Shown piece by piece: positions 31,434 through 40,200 of a stretch of DNA of 64,000 nt. Under the pieces are notes generated by a model. The model worked only from the letters and a program-made list of their open reading frames with translations, searched no databases and was not told the DNA's origin. Each line of letters opens with the position of its first letter. Position 1 is the first letter of the stretch. Both the position numbers and the translations under genes were made by a program. Origin of the DNA: a virus; IMG/VR virus record IMGVR_UViG_3300022555_000027, positions 32,270 to 96,269 of that record; one strand, given 5' to 3'.

Positions 31434-31996
31434 GATACTGTCCTCGTTGAAGGGTCAACCCCATGATTGAAATTGACAAAGGGCACCCCACGCCGTGCCT
31501 TTGAACAGGTCACGGTCCCTGTCAAAACAACAGGGTGGGAAGCCTTAAATTTCCCGCCGAATTACCGTCTATTTGGAGTATGGAAAACGAAAACGAGGCC
31601 GAACCCCCCAGTGGCCGATGGGACACACCCCCACCCCCCGGTCGATCCCGGCCTCGAACAGGGCCGGTTTCCACCGCTTTCGGTGGGACGATGGCCTCGG
31701 TTTGCATCGTGTGACGACCCGACACCTTCTGACCGCCGATGGCACGGACGGCCGATTAGAGCCGCCCGACGCATCCGAGCTTAAAGTGTCTAAAATTGTA
31801 TCTATTTGTCGGAGTGCGGCGTCTTGACCGGGATTTGGTCAAGGTGACGACCCGACACATGACAGGAAAGGCGATCACCGATCACGTCACTAAGGCGCGA
31901 CAGAGTGAAACCGGTTTCCCTGAAAAGGTGGTCGAGACGACCCGACACCTGAAATCACCAAAGCCCCTTGCCTTGACCGGGCAAGGGAATGAAACC

Positions 31997-32509
31997 CTAG
32001 TCGCCACGCGCGACCATTTGCGCCTTGGCTCGCGCAAGCGCCACAATGACATGGGCAACAGGGACCTTGTGTATTTTTAGACCTTCCTTGATCGTGGACA
32101 CGTAATCAGACTGGTATCCGTATTCACGCAACTCGCCACAATGGGCAAGCATTCTGTCTGTCTTCATTTGGTAAATCAGGGCTTTGCGGCCATCCGATAA
32201 GAGTATCACTCGACGGGAATAGAAGCCCTTGCTTACGCCTTCCCTTGCGTCAAGGCTACGCTCTGTCCGACTGTCAATTTCCCAGAGTATCATTCCGCAC
32301 TCGGCGGTTTCGTCTTGAACTATATCAGCACAACCACGAAAGGCCAACCGAATGCCCTTGACAATGACACCCTCGCCTTTGGTTTCCCGGAACATATTCC
32401 GTGGCGTGGTGTTCATACCATAAGCAACATATAAGCCGGTTTCGCCTTCCTTGATATGAGCGGGCACGTCTTGGGTGATGACACCTTGCAACGTCTTAAC
32501 CTTGGCCAT
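31997..32509 (-). CDS. Second GGCT-like protein
   Basis: LYVAYGMN, LAFRGCAD, LWEI, LDAREG...Y; GGAGG RBS. Confidence 0.82.
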   Translation of the reverse strand: MAKVKTLQGVITQDVPAHIKEGETGLYVAYGMNTTPRNMFRETKGEGVIVKGIRLAFRGCADIVQDETAECGMILWEIDSRTERSLDAREGVSKGFYSRRVILLSDGRKALIYQMKTDRMLAHCGELREYGYQSDYVSTIKEGLKIHKVPVAHVIVALARAKAQMVARGD

Positions 32510-33239
32510 TATGTCCTCCCGTGTCAAAATTGACAAAAGGGGCAAGCGTTGCCCCAATGAAACTGGTTTCACACATAGACCTGTTGCCCGCCCAATGACC
32601 GGGCAACGGTATGGGCAACGGCAAGGCTACGGTAGCAACCGACCAGCTTTTCCATCACCACGGCGTGGTGACAAGGCCAATGACCGGTAAGGGTTTCCGT
32701 CTTGACGTACACTCGCCACGCCGCTACCTCGGCACGTTCTATCTCGACCACCTGACATGATTTGCCCATGACACAACTCCTTGACAGGAAAGTTATAGAC
32801 AAAGCGGGGCAAGACACCTTGCCCCAATGATCACCCTTTCGCCTTCACAACATACCTCACCGCACCATAGATCGTGTCAAGACGATCTGCCTTGCTATAC
32901 GCACGTTTCATTGTTGAATACGTGCCTACTACCCTACCAGTCTGGTTGTCTATTACATTATACATGACGCCACCTCGTTGTCAGGAACATTACAGACACA
33001 ACGGAACATTGCGCACGACGAAGGCGAGGGCCGCTTCCTGTGTCAAGCAAATGCACGTCTTGCCTGGTGCCCTTGCCAGCCATTCGTGGCCACGACGGGT
33101 GATCTGACCGCGCACGTTGCCCTTAAACGTGACAACGCCGTCCTTTGAGATTGCCCATGAGAACATGACACGACCCTCCTACATTGAAACGAAACCAAAT
33201 CGACAAAGCGGGTGACAGTGTGACCTGTCACCCAATGAC

Positions 33240-34328
33240 CTATGCCGCACGCCGTTGGTCAAGACTGGCTATATAGCGTTGCCTGTTTTCCCAATAGGTA
33301 CGAAGGGCAACAGGAACACCACGCCAGAGCGTGTCAACCTCTCTGACCGCTACCGCTACCGGAACACTTGCCCCGTTGGGAAGCGGCACAGCCTTGTAAT
33401 ACTGAGTTGCCCCGATCTTGAACCGGGCAACGGTAAAGCCGGCCGGTTCAAGGATTTGCTGTTTGATATGCGTCACGTCACCTGACAGGCTGTGGCGTTG
33501 CCAACCAAGACGTTGACACATTGCCTCGGCGTCAATTCCACCCTCAGAGAACAGAGCATCAATGATCTGGCGCTTTTTGCCGCTATACAAAGCGGCGTTG
33601 AAACCGGTTTCAGGTTGGACCGGAGCTACAGAGGCAGCAGACTGCCTTGACGTGACCTGTCTTGCGCTTTCGTCACAGAACGCTAACAACAGGTCGATCC
33701 AGTTAATCACCTTTTCAGCGTCGAAGGTGCCGCTATGAACACGAACCTCGAAGGTGCCAAGTGCGCGTGGTGCGTTGTGACGAATAGCAAGCGGCGTCAC
33801 ATTAAGCTTGCGATACCGGTCTTGACCAAACACAAGCGCAAGCCCTTCGATGCAGTCCGCAGTGTTCAAGAGGTAACGGGCACGGCCATCAAGGCGTGAC
33901 GGTCGGCAAAAACTACCGTTTCGACGGTCATGGGTGACAAGGCCATCAATAACACTTTCATGATCGGACCATCGTTCGATGATCCTTTTGAGTATAGGCA
34001 GGTCAAGATGTGCAACTCCCAGGTGTACGTGAAACCCTGTCGTTGTGTTTACCCCGACGCCGCTATCAATGACGTTGCCCAGGGCAAGCCTGATTTCCTG
34101 TTGCCAGTTTTCGTTCGTCTTGAGAACACGAGACACTAACTCGAACGCATGACCGTGACCTGACACGCTACTGTCAGATACGATTTTCCAAGTTGGTTGC
34201 GTCGAACCGGTGATGCTATCAACGCTACAAGGCACCCCATTAAAGGTGATCATTTCAGCCAACGTCGAATGGCTGGCCGACGTTGCTACGCCTTCAAGCT
34301 CTATTCCAATCGTCTTGATGATCGACAT
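33240..34328 (-). CDS. Putative amidoligase (COOH-NH2 ligase) with C-terminal DUF3489-like winged helix
   Basis: GIELE, W....DSS, ELVS..L, TGFHVH, RY.KLN, T.EVR.H.GT; then KKRQIIDAL...GWQRHSL. Confidence 0.85.
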   Translation of the reverse strand: MSIIKTIGIELEGVATSASHSTLAEMITFNGVPCSVDSITGSTQPTWKIVSDSSVSGHGHAFELVSRVLKTNENWQQEIRLALGNVIDSGVGVNTTTGFHVHLGVAHLDLPILKRIIERWSDHESVIDGLVTHDRRNGSFCRPSRLDGRARYLLNTADCIEGLALVFGQDRYRKLNVTPLAIRHNAPRALGTFEVRVHSGTFDAEKVINWIDLLLAFCDESARQVTSRQSAASVAPVQPETGFNAALYSGKKRQIIDALFSEGGIDAEAMCQRLGWQRHSLSGDVTHIKQQILEPAGFTVARFKIGATQYYKAVPLPNGASVPVAVAVREVDTLWRGVPVALRTYWENRQRYIASLDQRRAA

Positions 34329-34470
34329 TATTGAACCGTCACCCGTAAGGGCAACGCCCCTATTGCAATCGACACAGTGTCAACGAAACCCCATAAGGGG
34401 CAACGTCACAGTGTCACCAAGTCACCCTTGAACGGATGATCAAATGGCCAAATCACCGGTCCCACTTTAA

Positions 34471-34826
34471 TCACCCTCCGCAAGCGCGTCGGGTAGTCAC
34501 CCTCCGCAAGCGTCGGGTCCTCACCCTCCGCTTGCACGTCGGGTAATCACCCTCCGCTTGCGCGTCGGGTCGTGAAACCGGTTTCAATTTCCTTCTCATT
34601 GCCCCTATTGCGTCACCCGTAACCAATGACACCAGCCAACCACCGTAAGCTATGAGAAACCGTATGAAGGGTTTCAAGCGTACCAGTCTATAGGGTGATG
34701 TCACCTGTTAGGGCATGACGCAAAGCGCAACGGAAACCGCCACGCCGTGTGGTCACCCTCCGCTTGCGCGTCGGGTAATCACACTCCGCAAGCGTCGTGT
34801 GGTCACCCTCCGCTTGCGCGTCGGGT
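34471..34826 (-). repeat. Seven 24-26 bp hairpin repeats in two clusters (4+3), candidate structured ncRNA
   Basis: Minus-strand unit ACCC-GA-CGC-loop-GCG-GA-GGGT-GA at 34471, 34497, 34521, 34547, 34753, 34779, 34803. Confidence 0.85.
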
Positions 34827-36089
34827 AAGGGCCAAATTGTTTGTTTTAACCAAAGACACCACCTGTATGTGACAGCCTATACAGCGTCACGGTGGTGGTG
34901 TCTCACTTGACAACGCTACCTGTCAGGATGTCCTACTCGTTGCCCCGTCGTTGCCCTTGGTTCATGTACGCTTATTATACAGCATTCATGACCAGTCTGG
35001 TTTTTCTCAAGTGGCCTTTCCCAGATGGCCGTTCCAGATTGGCTGGACCCTAATTCATTGGTTTTCCTCAGTCATTGGCAAATTGACGTTGGATCACCTG
35101 ATAAAAAACCGTGCGTTTGGTGTTTCAAGGCTTCAAGATCGCGTGTATCTGACACGTCAATTTGCCCTTGCGCCTTACCCCTCCCGCTTGCCTTGACCCT
35201 CGGCACCCCCTTTCCTCTGTCTTATTGATCACACTGTCACTGTGCTCGGTTTCACTATGAAGGTCGAGGGGTTTGATAGGGGCAACGGCACCAAGGTGCG
35301 ACGCTTTGGGCAAATAGCCCTGTGATCACAACAGCTTAGGGTGCGGCAACAAAAAATTTGTGTAGCCTTCGTTTTGGCGTGCCACTGCCTGTTGAAACGG
35401 GTTTCAGTGGTCGGATAGGGGCAACTCGGGCAAATCGGGTGTGACAGCCATCACAGTAGCGGCGTTGCCCAGGTGACATTGCCTTGCCTCTGTGTCACCC
35501 GCGCCTTGCCCCACAGCCTGTCACCCGTCACGCCTTGGCCTTACCTCCCTGTCAGGGTAGCGGGTGACGTTGCCCCGCGCCTTGCCCCGCGCCTTGCCCC
35601 GGATTTCAGGTCAGAGCACTCGTGATCTGAGGTTTTGCCGCACTCTGACCGACCGGTATGACGCAGCCAGGGTGACGAGACAACAGTCCTATGGCCGATG
35701 GCCCTGCTTTGCCGGGCTTTTCAGGAGCATCGCTGGTATTGCGTCGTCACATTGCCTCTGGCGATGGGGGCGTGTCGCCACATTCTGACCGCCATCGCGT
35801 GTTTCGGGTGACACTACCTTGCCGATGCGCCAGGCGGTCGCGGCCGGCGGCATCCGGGGTTCAGCGCCTTTCCGATCTCAGAAAATCCTGAAACGGTTCA
35901 GGATACGCCCACGCTCCTTCCCTCTCCAATTTATAGCATTTCTGGGAAATTTGACGTAAGGTTTCGCGCTAGTGGAGAGAAAGTGTCAGGATTTAACGAA
36001 ACATATACACGCCGATAGCAGGGGGCTAAAAATTTCCCCGGGGGTAGATTTGGTGGGGTTGAGGAGGCTGCTATTTCACACACTTATTT

Positions 36090-36190
36090 GGGTTGGGTGG
36101 GGGTAGGGGGCTGGTTGGTGACACCGGGTTGGGGGGTAGGGGGCTGGTTGGTTACACCGGGTTGGGGGTAGGGGACCAATAGGTTACACC
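36090..36190 (+). repeat. G-rich tandem repeat, about 33-bp period, three copies
   Basis: GGGTTGGG..GGTAGGGG..GGT(G/T)ACACC units. Confidence 0.85.
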
Positions 36191-36359
36191 GTAGCCACCG
36201 GGTAGGCAGCTACGATGCAACCGGTTTCAAATCATGCGCTACCGTAGACCGCACCGGTGAACACTTGGATGGTATCTGGGGAAGTTCCCCACGAGGACGG
36301 CGGGAGGGCTTGACTGTATCCGCGTATGGGGTTATGAGAAGGCAACGAAGGAGGTTTGG

Positions 36360-37007
36360 ATGAAAGTCGTTGGGGTAATCGCTCAGAAGGGTGGGGCCGG
36401 AAAAACCACCGTTGCTGTTCACCTCGCTGTTGCCGCTGCTCAAAAAGGTAAAGGGAAGGGCAGGGGGCGGGCGCCGCCCCTCAGAGTGCTTCTCATCGAT
36501 ACTGACGAACAGGGTTCTGCGCGGAAGTGGTGGAACCGCCGGTCGGCGACGAACGTGGACCTTGCTGCGACCCGCGCGCTCGGTCAGACGCTCAAGGATG
36601 CCGAAGCCTATGATCTGGTGGTCGTCGATACGGCGCCACGAGCTGTGGCTGAAACCCTTGCGACAATCAAGCTGTGTGACTTCGTGATTTGCCCCTGCCG
36701 TACAGGAAGGTTGGACCTTGATGCACTTGAGGACACCGCGAAAATCGTCAAGATGACCACCACGCCTGCTGCCGTGGTTTTCAACGCCGTGCCCACCATC
36801 GGGAAGGCAAAACTGGAAGAGGCCAAGGCCGAAGTCGCGTGTCTCGGGCTGGACATCGCGCCGGTCGAGATCGCTCACCGGGTCGCCTATACCCACGCCC
36901 TCAATGACGGGCTGGCGGTCACTGAGTTTGAGCCCTATGGTCGTGCATCGACGGAAATGACCACCCTCTGGAGGTTCCTTGAGGAGCGGCTATGTCTCAA
37001 ATCATGA
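36360..37007 (+). CDS. parA: ParA-family ATPase (short, type Ib/ParF-like)
   Basis: KGGAGKTT, IDTDEQGS, VVDTAP; possible TTGACT-N17-TATGAG promoter upstream. Confidence 0.92.
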   Translation: MKVVGVIAQKGGAGKTTVAVHLAVAAAQKGKGKGRGRAPPLRVLLIDTDEQGSARKWWNRRSATNVDLAATRALGQTLKDAEAYDLVVVDTAPRAVAETLATIKLCDFVICPCRTGRLDLDALEDTAKIVKMTTTPAAVVFNAVPTIGKAKLEEAKAEVACLGLDIAPVEIAHRVAYTHALNDGLAVTEFEPYGRASTEMTTLWRFLEERLCLKS

Positions 37008-37201
37008 CGAAGAGGGCAGGGGCTGCTGAAGCTCCTACAAAGCGTCTGCCCGACCGGGTTCAGATGACGATTTACCTCTCTCCCGAAGCACACAAGCAAC
37101 TCACCATCCTGGCAGCGGAAAAAGGTGTGAAGGCGCAGGTGTTGCTTCGGGAGGGCGTGAACCGGATGTTTGCGGAGAACGGGTTGCCCCGCATCGCATA
37201 A
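36992..37201 (+). CDS. Ribbon-helix-helix partner of ParA (ParG-like)
   Basis: VQMTIYLSPEAHKQL...A.E.G......LL.E; overlaps the parA stop; GAGGAG RBS. Confidence 0.8.
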   Translation: MSQIMTKRAGAAEAPTKRLPDRVQMTIYLSPEAHKQLTILAAEKGVKAQVLLREGVNRMFAENGLPRIA

Positions 37202-37223
37202 AAAACCCCTCCCGGGGAGGGGT
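37201..37223 (-). terminator. Terminator for the leftward gene block
   Basis: Minus strand ACCCCTC-hairpin-GAGGGGT-TTTTT. Confidence 0.7.
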
Positions 37224-37235
37224 GGGGCCATAACC

Positions 37236-40200
37236 TTAGTACGGAGGGGGGTCTGTTTCGGCCGTGCTATACGGGCCGTCCTTGACGCCAACCAGGACAT
37301 TCACCAGGGCCATCTTCGCTTCGTTTTCAACGAGCGCCTGCTTGATGCCGGCCAACTCGATGTAAGCCTCCTGGTATCCGAAGACATGGAGATTCAGGAT
37401 CGTAGAGGAGGTCATCTGCATGACATGACCGCTGTCTTGCGTCACCATGTAGAACAGCCGGGCGTCGTACTCGGCGTCGGGGTCGATGCTGGCGGTCTCG
37501 ACGAAATCACCTTCGGGGTCGGCGTCGTCGATCTGAGAAGGATTGATCTGCATCAACGCCCAGGCCCCGCGATCAAACGTCTCGCAAAGGCTGTTGATGG
37601 CCCGTACTTCTTTACCGGTGAGCGTGGTAAGGTAGGTCGTGTCGTAAGGATTGAGCGACATAGATTGTACTTTCTGTTTGGCGCCCGGTAGGGTATTCCA
37701 TCGGGGCGCCGGTGGTGTGAAGGCGTTTCCGCCGGCCGCGCCGCTTTCTCTCAGACGGTCCCGGAACAGGCGTCCATCTCGTTGAAGAAGTAGGGGACGT
37801 GCTCCTTGCGGTCGTTCAACCAAGTATCGATGTCGTGCCGGGTGAACTCCGAACTCAGGATGGCCGATGCCAAGTTCCAGCTATAGATGCTGGGGCCAGG
37901 GGCAATGTCGGCGGCGGCATAGATGTGCTCGGACCCCGGGATGGCATAAAGCTCTTCACGGGTCATCCCCAGAAGCTCGTTCCACCGGGCCTCGATCTGG
38001 CCCGCAGCGGCGGGAGTGAGGTTTGCATCGTGTGCTGTGCGTGCTGCACGCACAGTTTCCAAGGCGGCATACATTTTGGTAGCTCCTAGATGTTGAAGTA
38101 GTACAACTCGAAGGTGGTCCCATCGGCGCTGTTGTCGATGTAGGCTCGCTCGTCGGGCGTGAGGGCGTAGTGGAGGGGCCACGGCTTGACCGCTTCCAGC
38201 GGACAGACAAGGCCCGAGTACAGGATCAGGGCAGCAATCAAGCAGTTCATGTCAGCCTCCAAAGGGGTCGGCGTAGCACCGATGGGTGTGGCAGTGGCTC
38301 ATTCGATAGGAGCAGACAGCCAGGGCCGTCATGACCACCAGAAGGGCCACCAGGAGTGCGGTTGAGGCTTTGTCCATGTTGCACCTATAGTCCGAGGTAG
38401 CGAAGGAAGCGGTAGGGACCGCGAGCTTTGATCTCGTCCCACCAGTGGCGAAGCTGTCCGGGGAGAAGTTCGCCGCTCATGTCGATGATGTGTTCGATGG
38501 TGTCAGCATCGGTGATGACGAACGGATAGATCGTGCGACCCATCACGAATGCTTGGATGTCGATGAAGTACCTCTGCACCCCAACGTGGTCTTGACCTGC
38601 CTTGGTCTCAAGCAGTTCCTGGATGCTCAGGGCCTTGTAGATGCAAGCCCGGACCTTCCTCGTCTTGGAAAGGGTATCCATGGCCTGGGTGTCCAGTTCG
38701 ACCTTGACGACGGTGACGGGCTCGGAGGCTCCGTTCTCGCGGTAGACGGGGATCAGCATCTTTTCCTCCACTGCCTGATGGCATAGCCAATGAGGTCCGC
38801 GACGATGGTGGCCGCGCCGTCTAAGATCACGAGGGCACCCGCAAAACTGAGGACGTAAAGGAGCCCTTGGGTTGCACAGGCGGAAAAGTCTCCCATGACC
38901 ATTACTCCGAAAGGGCTCGGTCGAGCCGGATAAGCAGGGATACCCCGAGAATGTAGACGACCTTCCAGAAGATGGGGTACAGGTAGTCCGCGACGGCTAT
39001 CAGGGCGCCGATGACAGGGGCGACCAGTAGCAGGTGCTCAAGGTCGGTCATGGGGTCCCCGTCAGATAGCAGAGGTAAATCCCGGTCACGATGATCAGGC
39101 GCACGGCCCAAATCTCCCAGGCACCCATCTTCCTTGACGGGAAGGACGAAGCATCGATCCGAATGTGGCTACCCTTCACACACCCGAGGCACCGGTTGGT
39201 GATGTTCCGGCACATGACGCAGACTTCAGGATTGGTTTCGGCGTTCATCGCGCTCCCTCCTGGTTTTGGCACAGATGGCGTTCATGTCGGCGACCAGTTC
39301 GTTGTAGCTTTGCCGATGGGCTTCCCGCTGTTCCGGGGTCAAATCCTCGTAGGGCGGGAGGGACGTGTGAAGCTCACGAATAGCCTCGTAGTCGTCCCGA
39401 AGGGTCCTGCTCACTGGAAGTCCCACATGGCAGCGAAGACGAAGGCCGCGATGATCAGGGGGCGAGGCCCGAACCGGTCAATGAAGAGGGCCATCGCAAA
39501 CAGGATGCTTGCCACAACGCTTGCCAGCATCACGAGGCACAGCGCCGGGTAGGTGTGGATCACATGGTTGATCCAAAGGACGACGGTGGCGGTCATATCG
39601 TCACTCCCAGGAGGTTCAAGGTTTCTTCGATATCCGCGATCTGCTTGTTGACAGCCCCGAGGATGAACTCAGCCCCCAAGTGACACAGGATTTTTCCATA
39701 GCCGACCTCAACAACCGAAGGGGCTTCCTCGGTGAGCGCGTCCCGCAAACGGATCAACCGACCCCGTGTCTGCGCCAGCACGAAAACCTCGTCTGCGTGA
39801 ATGATTTTCATATCAGCCTCCCTGAAACCAGTTTCACAAACCCATGGCATCGCGCGCCCGCTGCTTTTTGGCCTGGACCTGTGGGTGTTCCAGTATCCAG
39901 TTGCGGGTCAGAAGATAGATTTGGTCCTTCAAGAACTGTTCGGTCGCTTTTTCGTTCTCAAGACTAACCGGGAAGGGAACCCAAAGAATAAAATAGAAGT
40001 CGAACTTGAAGTCCCAGATCGGGATATGGATGCTCCCCGTGACCGAATAGCGGGGCGGTTCGGCATCGGCCACGCTGATATTCGCCAGCGTGAAGGCAAA
40101 CAGGTCGAAATGAGGGTCGTCATCAGTCCTGGTCGGGTCGTCGAGGGTCTTCGCCACATCCACGGTGAATGACCGCTCAAGGAGCCTATTGGCGATGGTG

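Noticed and set aside
34471-34826. CRISPR array
   Set aside because: Units abut with no unique spacers and no cas operon is present
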